Assembly (NCBI GenBank): GCA_902797685.1
Contig: CADBTQ010000089.1
Location: forward strand, 2,187 to 66,186
Source of the DNA: an uncultured Eubacteriales bacterium
Lineage (GTDB): Bacteria; Bacillota; Clostridia; Christensenellales; CAG-1252
Direction: 5' to 3'
Length of the DNA: 64,000 bases
This document shows positions 7,785-18,000 of the stretch, piece after piece. Position numbers and translations under genes: made by a program. The notes under the pieces were generated by a model, which saw only the letters and a program-made list of their open reading frames with translations, ran no database searches and was not told the DNA's origin. Every line of letters begins with the position of its first letter. Within the stretch, counting starts at the first letter, position 1.

Positions 7785-9296
7785 TTATTTGCCCTCCTTG
7801 AGATCTTTGATCACGTCTTTGCCGACCATGTCCCCCGTAATGTACGCCGAGGGATACCCGTCCCCGCGGATATAGTGTCCGCCGCAGAAGTAGAGATTGG
7901 GTACGTGGTAGTCAGCGTCTTTGGTGACGGTACGACCGATGATATTGTCCCAAGTCTCGTTGGCGTATCCGTAGATACAGCCGTCGGGCGTGCCCAAGTA
8001 ACGGGCGAAAGTGACGGGCGTGGCGACCTCGATCTCCTCGATGTGGCTCGCGACTTCCACGCCGAGGGTCTCCTCGTAATCCTTGATGTAGCGGCGGGCG
8101 TACTCGGTCTTGAACGCCTTGTACTTATCGGGCGTCAAATCTTCGGGCAGATCGCCGGGCATCAGCAACACGGTAAAAAACAGCATAGAAGTCCCTTTGG
8201 GTGAACAATCGGGAATGACCTTGTTGAGACAGTTGACCACGTACAGGCCTCCGTCCAAACGATTCTCAAACTGCTTGCGGCTGTTGCCGGACTTGGAGAT
8301 AAACACCGAGTAGTCGTCTATCCCCAGCTCTTCCATGGAGCAATCCAGTCCCAAATAAATAGTGACGAAGGTCATACCCAGCTTGCGGGCGTTGGCGAGC
8401 TTGACGTCTCTCTTGGGCGGCTCGCCCCCCTTCCAACGGTTGAGAACGTTGTTGGGGATGATATTGCTGACGATCTTGCGGGCGGTGATCTTTTGTCCCC
8501 CCGCTACCGTGACGCCGTAGGCTTTGCCCTCCTCGTCAAAGAGGAACTCCACCACTTCGCTGTTGTAGCGGATCTCCCCGCCGTGACGTTGAAAAGCGTC
8601 CACCAAGGACAAAGACAACTGGTGGGAGCGATGGCGAGGCATGGCGGGCGGAACGGCGACGAACGCCGCGGTCATGGATAGATAATGCAAAGCGTTGAGG
8701 TCATCCGACGGCACCCCCAAGTACCCCCAATAGGTGTTGAGGATATCCTTGGCTTTTTGGGGTATGCCCAATGCGTCCTCCACCTCTTCGATGCTGTGGG
8801 AAGCGGTGCGCATAAAGTCCCCGTAACGACCCATAAGGGTGATGGGATTCATGCCGCCTTCGTTCATATATACTTGGCAATCGTCGATGGGCTTAGTCAA
8901 CTCAAACAACTTCTTGACGCTGTCGCGGCACCCGGGAACGGCGGCCTCCATGTCGTCCAAAAAGCGTTCCAATCCGTTGTGCAAGGTCACGTCGTAGCCG
9001 TCGGGGCCCTTGGCGATGGCGCGAAAGAGGGTGTCCTCGTGTACCCAATCCATCTTAGCGCCCAACCCCCTGAATATAGAGGAGGCGGAAGCGGTCTTGT
9101 CGGTGGTATTGCCCGCGACCAACTCGTGCAAAGAAGGCTCGAACTCAAAACGACCCCTCACAAAACTCGATGCGCATCCACCGGGCAGGTTGTGTTTTTC
9201 CAACAAAAGGGTCTTGTACCCCGCCTGTGCGATCGTCGCCGCCGCGACCAAGCCTCCGTTGCCCGCGCCCACGACGATAACGTCATAATCACTCAT
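7785..9296 (-). CDS. Phytoene-desaturase (CrtI)-family FAD-dependent oxidoreductase
   Basis: N-terminal dinucleotide fold YDVIVVGAGNGGLVAAATIAQAGYKTLLLEKHNLPGGC. Length and C-terminal FCGGH...GDG motif are typical of the CrtI / retinol-saturase-like family. RBS is AAGGAGG. Confidence 0.8.
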   Translation of the reverse strand: MSDYDVIVVGAGNGGLVAAATIAQAGYKTLLLEKHNLPGGCASSFVRGRFEFEPSLHELVAGNTTDKTASASSIFRGLGAKMDWVHEDTLFRAIAKGPDGYDVTLHNGLERFLDDMEAAVPGCRDSVKKLFELTKPIDDCQVYMNEGGMNPITLMGRYGDFMRTASHSIEEVEDALGIPQKAKDILNTYWGYLGVPSDDLNALHYLSMTAAFVAVPPAMPRHRSHQLSLSLVDAFQRHGGEIRYNSEVVEFLFDEEGKAYGVTVAGGQKITARKIVSNIIPNNVLNRWKGGEPPKRDVKLANARKLGMTFVTIYLGLDCSMEELGIDDYSVFISKSGNSRKQFENRLDGGLYVVNCLNKVIPDCSPKGTSMLFFTVLLMPGDLPEDLTPDKYKAFKTEYARRYIKDYEETLGVEVASHIEEIEVATPVTFARYLGTPDGCIYGYANETWDNIIGRTVTKDADYHVPNLYFCGGHYIRGDGYPSAYITGDMVGKDVIKDLKEGK

Positions 9297-9325
9297 ACGC
9301 CAATCCTCCTTATTGTGCTACTAAT

Positions 9326-9355
9326 AGTTTAGCATAGTTGCGAATATACAGTCAA
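9326..9355 (-). promoter_or_regulatory. Candidate promoter of the CrtI-like/FNR-like operon
   Basis: Minus strand reads TTGACT, 18-nt spacer, TAAACT, upstream of the AAGGAGG RBS. Confidence 0.35.
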
Positions 9356-9360
9356 TAGCC

Positions 9361-9390
9361 AAAACAAAAACACGCTGTTGCCAGCGTGTT
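9361..9390 (-). terminator. Rho-independent terminator ending the giant-gene cluster
   Basis: Perfect 8-bp stem acacgctg/cagcgtgt with a 4-nt loop, followed on the minus strand by TTTTTGTTTT. Confidence 0.7.
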
Positions 9391-9403
9391 TTGTCTCGTC
9401 GGA

Positions 9404-11983
9404 TCAGATTTCAAATGCCTGATCATGTATCGTTATTCCTTCCGGCCACTCGATCTCCTGCAACGAAACGCAGCCCGCGAAAGCGGCGGTCTCGATCACC
9501 TGAACGTGCCCGACGTTAAGAACGTTGCGAAGGGATCCGCAGTTGTAAAAAGCCCCCGACGCGATAATAGTATAATCGTCCGACAGCGTGATCTCGGTCA
9601 AATATTGGCATCCCGCAAACGCACCGATGGCGATAGACATCCCCTCCTTCATCGTCCAGTCGGAACGATCGATTCGGTCGATATAGCGTACCAAAGTGCG
9701 CCCTTTGTACAGATCGCCGTCTTCATCAACGCTGTACGCTTGATTCGCCTCGTCCACGATTATGTTGGTCACCAAAGGCAAATACATGCCGACGAGCAAA
9801 CCCAGATCGCGGACTTTGGCATTAACGTACAAAGCGGTCGTTCGTGACAAATTGCAAAACGCATATACGTCGACGATCTCGACAACTGCGGGTATATGAT
9901 ATCCGTCTTCCGCTATATTGCCCGCCATGATCAAGGTCGTACCTTTCAACAAAGACCCGTCTGCCGTATAATAGTCGGGATTTTTCGAATCGAACACAAA
10001 GCTTACGTTCGTACATTGATCGAAACACAACTCGCCCAAAGACGAAAAACCGCTTCCCAAACGGACTTCCCCCAAAAGCATACAATATCCGAATGCTTCT
10101 TGACCCAAAGAGTCGACCGACGGAAGGGATACCGATCGCAGTTTGGCGCAATTATAGAAAGCACGTGCGCCCACTTGCGTCACCAGCGGCATGGTAACGG
10201 ACGTCAGATCGACGTCGTTTTCAAACACGCCGCTTTGTATCGTCAAACACTGGGGTAAATCCAGTGTTTTCAGAGAGGTACAGCCCGCAAAAGCATTGGT
10301 ACAAAGAATAGCGCATTGATCCAAGTAGACCTCGGTCAGCGCATTGCACAGGGAAAAGCAATTTACATCGACGTAAGTCACATTGCGTCCCGCAAAGTAC
10401 TTTAGAGATTTGCAGTCGGCAAAGGCGCTTTCGGCAAGGTGAGCCCGTCCTTCGACGACCACGTTGACCAACGGGGTGGATTGAAAGGCAAACGAGTCTA
10501 CTAAAGTCACGCTGCTCCCCAGTCTGATCTGTTGTAAATTCGTCCCGAAAAACGCGCTCTTGCCGACTTGAACCAGTTGACTGTCCGAGGCAAAAGCGAC
10601 TTCCTTGAGATCAGAACTGCCCGAAAACGCGAAATTGCCTATCGTGCGAACTGTTTGCGGGATGGATACCGTTTGTACCCCGCTGTCGGCAAAAGCGTAT
10701 TCGCCCACCTCGATCACGGAGACACCGTTGATCTTGTCGGGGATGACAACTTGGATGGCGTCATGATCGTATTTGCTCACCACATACCCCTCGCCGTCCG
10801 ACGAAAGCACAAAAGTAAACCCTTCGGAACTCACTTCGTCGTTCCACTTGGCATATAGGGTAAAAACGGAAGGGATCTGCCGGACGGATTCGTACGAGAT
10901 CGTCAACTCTTCATCCACGAACCATCCTTCGAACAGGCTGCCCGTCTTGGTCGGTATGATCAAAACGGGTAAGGAATCAACGAACGTCAGCGTTTCGTTT
11001 TGTTCTCCGTTGTTTTTGACAAACGTGACCGTATACACCGTTTGGGGTTTGGGTTGCCATATCGCGTACAGTACGATGTTTTTCGTTACGCGGTCGGTAG
11101 CGAAATCGAACGGCGTTCCCGCTTCGTCTTGCCAACCCAAAAAATCAAATCCGTCCCGAACGGGTGCGGCAGGTCGGATCAAAAGAGAATTGTACTTGAC
11201 CGAAAAAGGCGAGATCGTATTTCCGCCGCCCGTTTCGAAGCGCACTTGTAAACGAGGCGATTCTTTCCACCGAGCGTAGACCTCGAAAGAGGAAGTTACG
11301 GGAAGGGTCGGATCGAATGCAAACGCCATGCTCTCGTCCACGTACCAGCCGTCAAAAACATAGCCGACGAGAATGGGGACGTCGAAATCCACCGTATCCC
11401 CGCACAAAACTTGTTTTTCTTGCAAGACGTTGCCGTCGCTGTACGCCGTCACGCGGTAAGTTTCTTTGGGGGTATCCCCCAAGGGCAACCATCTGGCATA
11501 CAGTGAAAAGGAAAACCGCACCGGTTGCGTTTGGTCATACGGCGCAGTCCCTTGCGGCGTAAGGCTCCACCCTGCGAAATCATATCCGACTCTCACGGGG
11601 ATCGGCGTTTCCACAAGCGTGCCGTTTGGCACTTCTTTGATCACCAATTCCTCCCCCGGTTGGGCATAAAACGTAACGTGGTGTACGGCGACGACTTCTC
11701 GCCACTTGGCAAATACTTCCAAGTCCCGATCGATCCCCTCTCCGTTGGGGAAAAGATCGTAAAACGGTACTTCCTGCCCGTCGGCACTAACGTACCACCC
11801 ATCAAACGAATAGCCTTCTTTGGCCGGGTCTTGAGGTAGCTCGACTTTGCCCTCTTTGACGTCCTTTACGACGATTTGTTCATCTATAACAAACCGCACC
11901 GTATATTTCGGTGCGGGATGACATCCGACCAGTGCGGTTACGAATAGTAACGACACAAGCAGCAAAAACAAGTATTTCTTCAT
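9404..11983 (-). CDS. Surface lipoprotein with five Listeria-Bacteroides (Flg_new-type) repeats and a BspA-type leucine-rich-repeat domain
   Basis: Lipobox LVGC after MKKYLFLLLVSLLFVTA. Repeats carry GY.FDGWY...(Y/F)A(K/R/I)W over aa ~27-380 (nt 10844-11905). The C-terminal ~470 aa show IP..V..IG..AF..C..L LRR units. An AGGAGA RBS lies inside the end of the upstream gene, with a 1-nt gap to the upstream stop. Confidence 0.85.
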   Translation of the reverse strand: MKKYLFLLLVSLLFVTALVGCHPAPKYTVRFVIDEQIVVKDVKEGKVELPQDPAKEGYSFDGWYVSADGQEVPFYDLFPNGEGIDRDLEVFAKWREVVAVHHVTFYAQPGEELVIKEVPNGTLVETPIPVRVGYDFAGWSLTPQGTAPYDQTQPVRFSFSLYARWLPLGDTPKETYRVTAYSDGNVLQEKQVLCGDTVDFDVPILVGYVFDGWYVDESMAFAFDPTLPVTSSFEVYARWKESPRLQVRFETGGGNTISPFSVKYNSLLIRPAAPVRDGFDFLGWQDEAGTPFDFATDRVTKNIVLYAIWQPKPQTVYTVTFVKNNGEQNETLTFVDSLPVLIIPTKTGSLFEGWFVDEELTISYESVRQIPSVFTLYAKWNDEVSSEGFTFVLSSDGEGYVVSKYDHDAIQVVIPDKINGVSVIEVGEYAFADSGVQTVSIPQTVRTIGNFAFSGSSDLKEVAFASDSQLVQVGKSAFFGTNLQQIRLGSSVTLVDSFAFQSTPLVNVVVEGRAHLAESAFADCKSLKYFAGRNVTYVDVNCFSLCNALTEVYLDQCAILCTNAFAGCTSLKTLDLPQCLTIQSGVFENDVDLTSVTMPLVTQVGARAFYNCAKLRSVSLPSVDSLGQEAFGYCMLLGEVRLGSGFSSLGELCFDQCTNVSFVFDSKNPDYYTADGSLLKGTTLIMAGNIAEDGYHIPAVVEIVDVYAFCNLSRTTALYVNAKVRDLGLLVGMYLPLVTNIIVDEANQAYSVDEDGDLYKGRTLVRYIDRIDRSDWTMKEGMSIAIGAFAGCQYLTEITLSDDYTIIASGAFYNCGSLRNVLNVGHVQVIETAAFAGCVSLQEIEWPEGITIHDQAFEI

Positions 11984-11984
11984 G

Positions 11985-12635
11985 CTATTCTCCTATTTCG
12001 TATTCACGCCCTTGCTCGCTCGTGATACCGTCCCAACGAGGACACGCCAAAAAACTATCCTTTTCGAAAACGATCTTTTCGTCTTCGCCGTCGCCCAAAA
12101 CGTAAGTCTTGCTCAGTCTTTCCATGGCGGCAAAAACGCCTTTGGCAACATAAGTGACGTTGCGGCCGAAGTATATGGACGTCAACACGCTATTGCCGCG
12201 AAAGTAATAATCCCGATAGTCGCTGTCGACCATGACCTTGGTGACGGGCAACTCTCTCTCTTCTCCGTCGATGATCACCTTAGCGGTGTCGGGAATGACG
12301 ACGTAATCGAGCGAGATACCACCCTCCCAGCCGACAAGCGCAAGAGAAACAATGGGGGTGGAATGGTCGCTCAGCACGTAGTTGCCGCGAGCATAGCCCA
12401 TAGACTCGCTCACGTCGTGCGCACCCGCGACTCTATTGCCCTCGGCGTCTATGGGAACGAAGATCTGGTATTTTAACGACGCGTTGTCGTTGTCGACACC
12501 CATCTCAAACCAAGCCGAGTTTTCGGGACGAGCAGTCCAGATCGCATAGGCGACTCCGCCGCCTACCGCCCCAAATGCCACGACCGCCGCGATCACGATC
12601 ACTATTATCCATTTTGTCGCTAATCTTTTTTTCAT
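11985..12635 (-). CDS. Membrane-anchored or secreted hypothetical protein (216 aa)
   Basis: ATG 12635 gives MKKRLATKWIIVIVIAAVVAFGAVGGGVAYAIW..SAWFE. The listed ORF start at 12680 is a TTG that would overlap the upstream gene. No strong RBS. Confidence 0.6.
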   Translation of the reverse strand: MKKRLATKWIIVIVIAAVVAFGAVGGGVAYAIWTARPENSAWFEMGVDNDNASLKYQIFVPIDAEGNRVAGAHDVSESMGYARGNYVLSDHSTPIVSLALVGWEGGISLDYVVIPDTAKVIIDGEERELPVTKVMVDSDYRDYYFRGNSVLTSIYFGRNVTYVAKGVFAAMERLSKTYVLGDGEDEKIVFEKDSFLACPRWDGITSEQGREYEIGE

Positions 12636-12646
12636 ATCGAATGTGA

Positions 12647-13339
12647 TTACGGTTCGACGACCGCTATTGCAATGCCGCAATACACGCTGCTCGTCTGCCC
12701 CAGGCGACTATCCATCAATTCGTCGACTTGGGCAATATGCATTTTCACCGAAAAGAAGATGCGTTGCGCACCTTTGACGTAAAGTCTGCCGTGGGTGTTG
12801 TCTTCCGAAACAAAGCAGGACGAGTCATGGGTCAAACAGTCGACGTCCACGCCTTCTTCGTTGACATAGTGAAAAGCGATCTCGTCAATAACGAACTCCG
12901 CTCTGCCCAACTGCGTTCCGGGATCGTTGTAATCCAAAAACATGGACAAATCAAACGACAAATAACTCTCTTTCGTTTCCTCTTGCGAAAAACCGAACTC
13001 GCCGAGGTAATCCCCGTAGGTCGCCGCCGTCTTGACGTAAGAGGGCGTAGCGGTACTTTTGGTCTCCTCGTACGTTTTGAGTACGTCGATGGGAGCGCCG
13101 TTGGCGATAGCGAACGGCAAAGCGACGGCGGGCTTCATGATGCGCTCGTCGTCATCCTCTCCGAGGACGTCTACCGACATGGCGAAGTTGATGTAGATCA
13201 CACCGTCGGCGGTGACCTCAATGGCTTGATCGGTACCGGGCGCGGTGCTATACCAGGCATACGACGAGGTAAAGCACAGCACACACGCCAGCAATACGCA
13301 CAATACCACGATTAGGTTTAACGTCAATCTTAGTTTCAT
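12647..13339 (-). CDS. Secreted or anchored hypothetical protein (230 aa) with a TM + YAWYS N-terminal signature
   Basis: MKLRLTLNLIVVLCVLLACVLCFTSSYAWYSTAPG... The N-terminus parallels that of the upstream gene product. Confidence 0.7.
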   Translation of the reverse strand: MKLRLTLNLIVVLCVLLACVLCFTSSYAWYSTAPGTDQAIEVTADGVIYINFAMSVDVLGEDDDERIMKPAVALPFAIANGAPIDVLKTYEETKSTATPSYVKTAATYGDYLGEFGFSQEETKESYLSFDLSMFLDYNDPGTQLGRAEFVIDEIAFHYVNEEGVDVDCLTHDSSCFVSEDNTHGRLYVKGAQRIFFSVKMHIAQVDELMDSRLGQTSSVYCGIAIAVVEP

Positions 13340-13345
13340 CGTTTT

Positions 13346-13354
13346 ATTATACCA
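13346..13354 (-). promoter_or_regulatory. Perfect extended -10 element (TGGTATAAT), 6 nt upstream of ATG 13339
   Basis: Minus strand reads ...GTGGTATAATAAAACGATG. No Shine-Dalgarno is present, so the geometry would give a leaderless or near-leaderless transcript. Confidence 0.4.
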
Positions 13355-13409
13355 CGTTTTAATACACTTTCTGCATAAGATTACTTATTATTAACACATC
13401 GACCGCCTT

Positions 13410-15002
13410 TTAGGTCAAATAGGTCTGCGCATACAAAGTGAGATCTTTGTCAAACGCATACGTGTTTTCCAACACTTTGACCGACGAGGGGAATAGGTTA
13501 CGTGCGGTCATTCCCGAGTAGTCGGTAGTCCAACCGTAGAACTTATAAGATCCGGACACATCGGTCACCTCGAGGTAGCGACTGCTTGCCGTATTGAGAT
13601 AATCGCCCCAGGTCTCCCCTTCGTACACGGTGAAACTGAACGTTGAGCCGCCTCTACCCGACTTATTAGTCACATTGTCGCCGTCATGGAAGGCGATATC
13701 CACGTAACGGATATTGGGAGTAGCCGGCGCCAAATTAAGAGTGATCGTGTAGGCGCGTCTCATCACGGCGTACAAACTCACGTCTTGGGTGATCACGGTT
13801 GACGTATCGAACAACAAATCCTCGTCTTCCCACGTGGCGTTGGGATCGGTGGACCAGCCCACCAAAGCGTAACCGTTTTGGGAATAGCTCGGCGCGGTAT
13901 CCGCCGTGTCAAAAGGCACGTAGTGCGTGGATATCACGGTCGAATCGTCCATACCGTAGTACGTGACGGCGGGATATTGCGTCCATCCCGCATAGAGTGT
14001 GACGTCGCCTTTGAGGTGCTCGTCCACGTAACAGGCGGGATCGACGGGCTCGGTGCATTCGGGATCGAAAAACCATCCGTCAAATCGGTATCCGACTTCT
14101 TGCGCAGTCGAGTTGCTCCGATCCGCTTGGGGCAAATCGAGGTATTCCCATCCAAACACTTTTTGGGTGGTAGTATTCACCAAATTGCCGCCATCTCTGA
14201 TCTTGCCGCCGTTGCCGTCGTAAGTGATCACGTGCATGGGATTGCTTTCGAAACGCATATTGAACACGATCTTGCTGTACATATACGACGGATCGCTCAA
14301 AGGCGTAGCGTCTTCCTCGTCCAGATCCGCGTGGGAATACTGCAGCTCACGGTAGTTTTGCTCCGATTGGAAGATGATCTGCATGCCGAACGTATACTGA
14401 TAGCCGTCTTGCATCGTAAACGTTTGGTAGACGGGAACTTCCCGTCCGTCCACCGTCTCCGTCGTATAATCCGCCGATACCAAGTAGCCGTTTTCGGGCA
14501 AGTAGATCAAGGGCTCCTCGCTATAATCTTGCACCTCGCCCGAGGGAGAGACGATCGAAAGCATATAGATACGAATGGTAAAGTACTCAAACAAGTTGTA
14601 ATCCTTGTCGTCCGGTTTGGTCACGGCGGTATACTCCTCTATTCGTTGCGTACCGTCCTCGTTGAAACCTGCCAACACGACGTCCACTTTGTTGATGTTG
14701 ACGCACATATAACCCGATTCGCTCAAATGGGCGTCCAAACCCACGGGAGTGTATTCGACCACGTACGGCGCGTCCAAGCCGGTCGCTTGCGTGCCCTTTT
14801 GACCAAAATAACGATTGTCTTCTACGGGAGTACCCGAAAAGTCGATCGTCAAATTGGCGGAGTCCGCCGCGCTGATCACGATACCGTTGGTACCGACGTG
14901 CTGCGCACCCGCCGCGCTAAACCAAGCCAAAGAGACCGCCACGATCAAAATCGTGATGACTGCAATCAATACTATGCTCAATATCAGTTTGTTTCTTGTC
15001 AT
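13410..15002 (-). CDS. Secreted or anchored protein (530 aa): TM + LAWFS signature, unassigned ~250-aa domain, C-terminal Listeria-Bacteroides repeats
   Basis: MTRNKLILSIVLIAVITILIVAVSLAWFSAAG... C-terminal repeats include GYRFDGWFFD...LYAGW, GYALVGWSTD...LYAVM and YKFYGWTTD...LYAQ. Its ATG overlaps the stop of the giant ORF (ATGA), and GAGG lies 10 nt upstream. Confidence 0.8.
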   Translation of the reverse strand: MTRNKLILSIVLIAVITILIVAVSLAWFSAAGAQHVGTNGIVISAADSANLTIDFSGTPVEDNRYFGQKGTQATGLDAPYVVEYTPVGLDAHLSESGYMCVNINKVDVVLAGFNEDGTQRIEEYTAVTKPDDKDYNLFEYFTIRIYMLSIVSPSGEVQDYSEEPLIYLPENGYLVSADYTTETVDGREVPVYQTFTMQDGYQYTFGMQIIFQSEQNYRELQYSHADLDEEDATPLSDPSYMYSKIVFNMRFESNPMHVITYDGNGGKIRDGGNLVNTTTQKVFGWEYLDLPQADRSNSTAQEVGYRFDGWFFDPECTEPVDPACYVDEHLKGDVTLYAGWTQYPAVTYYGMDDSTVISTHYVPFDTADTAPSYSQNGYALVGWSTDPNATWEDEDLLFDTSTVITQDVSLYAVMRRAYTITLNLAPATPNIRYVDIAFHDGDNVTNKSGRGGSTFSFTVYEGETWGDYLNTASSRYLEVTDVSGSYKFYGWTTDYSGMTARNLFPSSVKVLENTYAFDKDLTLYAQTYLT

Positions 15003-18000
15003 TGATTTCTCGCCTCAACTTGCAGGGGTTGTTGATCCGGCCCAAAGGTAGCCAGATAGGGTCCCCTTCTGTAACACAATAGTTCATAACCGCCTTGGAC
15101 GTAATCCGTTACCCAGTAACGGCTCGTCATCAAGTCGGACACGGAGGGACAAATGATCCGTCCCGCTTGCTGATAACTAAGCCAAGGATAAAGTTGCAAC
15201 AACGAAAGCTGACGATAGTTGGCGACGACGACGAGATTGTCGCTCGAACCGTAATCCGCCGCTTTGTCAAACATATCGTACTCACCCAATCCAAGGTCTT
15301 GGTCTTTGACGACGTATTGAGCCAAATCGCTTATAACGGCTCTCCATGCGTCGCTATAAAGCATATCGGTATACGAGGTGCCGTACGCGGTGCCCGAGAC
15401 GCCTACGTCGTTGGACAAACCTTTTGCGGGAGCGGTCGTAGACGTCGACAGCACGCCGTCCGCCAAGTAACCGACCGAGGACGGATCGACGGCTAAAGCA
15501 TACGCCCCGTCCAGTCCGCCGATAAGACCGCCGCCCGTGGACAACGGATCTTTGCCGGACAAACTGACGGCAGCGATCACGCGAGCGTTCTGAACGCCGA
15601 TACCGTCGAAGTCGTCGCTAAGAACCAATTTGCCGATGAGACCGCCCGCATATTGGGTGGAAGTATCTTCCCCACCGCCCAATGCGTCGACGTATCCCGC
15701 ATAGCGTACCGACCTCAGCTCGGTATCGATCGCTTCGCCGATGAGACCGCCCGCTTTGGCACCGTCGCCTTCGACGCTGGCAATAGCGACCGTCACGCGG
15801 CCGACAGCGGAGCTGTTGGTCACGGTCGCGTCTACCGCCAGTCCGATCAAACTACCGCCGTGCAGACCGCCCGAGATGTAAACTATGGAATTGTACAAAC
15901 GCACTCCGTCGACATAGCCGCCGACTCTCACTTCGTCACCGTTTTCATCCGTCTCAACGGCGCCTACCATGCGCCCGATCAAGCCGGCATAAGAGTTGTT
16001 GCTGATAACGGTCAAATCGTAAATGCCGTACCCTTGTCCGTAATAGTTGCCGTCCGTAATACCGGGTTCGGTAACGATGATCAGGTTGCCGTCCTCTACC
16101 ATGGTGATGTCGTTGAGTTGATAGAAACTCGGCACCCGTCCGACCGGATCCTCTTCGTCGTGAGCCGCGTTGTACAAGCCCGTCATATCCGCGCCCATGC
16201 GCGCCACGTCTTCCGCCGTACGAACGGCGAATACGTATCCGTTGGATTGCGCGTACTCGGTATTGCCCAAACTCTCGTCATAGATCAGCAAGTGCGTGAC
16301 TTGCAAAGTGGGCATATTGATAACGTAGTTAGTACTATTACGCGAAGTTCGCCAGTCCTCTTTGGTACCGACGCCGTTGTCGGTAACGTAAACGTCCAAA
16401 CCGCTATCTTCATAATCGAGGTTCTTGATAGAGACCAATTCACCCTTGAGTTTGAGATAACGGTTGCCCGAATTGAGCGCCCACCATTTGTCGTTGTCGA
16501 CTACGATATTGCACTCCGAACCAACGATATAATCGCCGTTGCTATCCATAAACCCGTCCGCTTGCAGCAAAGCGATAAAGTCCGCTTCGGTCATATAATC
16601 CACGTAGGTCTCTTCGCTCGTCCCCTTGGAGATGGAAGACACCTCGACGGGCTTGGGAGCGTTTTGCTGCCAGCTTTGCAATACGTTGGAGTACTCGATC
16701 AACAAAGTTCTCGGCACGATGTGGTATTGCGAATCGCACAATTCGCCGTTGGCGTCTTTGTACTGCAATAGCTTGACATTGCCGCCCATTTCGTTCTCGA
16801 CCCCGGTATTGAGGTCGACCACGCCGTCGACCGCCAAATCGCGGGTATAGACGCTCACGACGTAGTTTTGGTTGCCGTTGGCGTCGTACACGGTGATCTC
16901 GTAAGCGCCCGTGACGGGATTGGGTTGCAGGACGTAGTAGTGCGGGCGCTCGGCGTCGGACGCGTCGATGACGTTGAGCACCATTTCGTTGGCGTGATTG
17001 TAGCCAGCCAATGTGACGTTGAGCACCAAGTGGTTGCCCTCCAACAAGCTAGTCAACGGGAACGCCACGGGCGCACCCATGTCGGTCACGATCTTGCCGT
17101 CGGCGTCCATCGTTTGGACCAAGCCGCTCAAAACGTCTTTCCACACCTCTTGTTCGCGCACGTTCTCCACCACGCGAGTCATTCGATCGGAGATCGTCGA
17201 ATCCTCGCCCACGAAAGCGAACGCACTCGTCTTGCCATCGTAATACTTTCCGTTATCCCCTTCGCCGAAATAAGCGGTAATGGGCACGGGTACGATCTCA
17301 GCGTCAATACGCGTTACGCCTGCGGTACCGCTGGATTCGTCGATATCACTGATATAGTTGGCGGTGATCAACGACGTCCACATGATGTTGGCATAGTTGG
17401 CGTCGACCGCCGCCGTGATCTCGCCCAAACTATTATAAATACGGATCACGCTGGGATTCATCCTGATCAAATTATCACCGAGCGCAACAAAATCGGCTTT
17501 GGCGGTGATCGCGAAATCGTGTACGCTTTGACGTCTGGACTCCTCGTAAGCACTCAACGCGGTAACAAAGGTATCGCCCAACGACTGCTTGATCGAGTCG
17601 GAAGACATGTCGTAGTACACGCGAGCGGCAACCAAATTATCGCGGACCCAGTCGGACGAGATATTGGCAGCGGTAATGCCCGACAAATAATCTTGCAATG
17701 CCGTGGCATAACAAGCTTCCGCCGTCGTCAGATCGGCATTAGTGATACCGAGTTGATCGGCGACGTAGCGTGCCGCATACAAGGTCATCGCCGTCTCGAA
17801 GTTCAACTGGAATACCTGCGCATATTCTGCGATCGGATTTGCGTACACGTCCCAGTCGGATTGAGTGGGGACCAACGACAAAGATTCGCTGAGCGCTTGT
17901 TGATAACGAGAGTAGTTGGACACGTCGTTTTTACCGTCCGCACTCAATCGCGCATACCTCATGCCGACGTAGTGGATCAACCCGAGATCCGAAAGCGTTA

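Noticed and set aside
6927-8204. 425-aa plus-strand ORF.
   Set aside because: It spans the junction of two well-supported minus-strand flavoprotein genes and has no motifs.
13878-15005. 375-aa plus-strand ORF.
   Set aside because: It is antisense to the 13410..15002 gene, whose product has a signal/TM N-terminus and Flg_new repeats.
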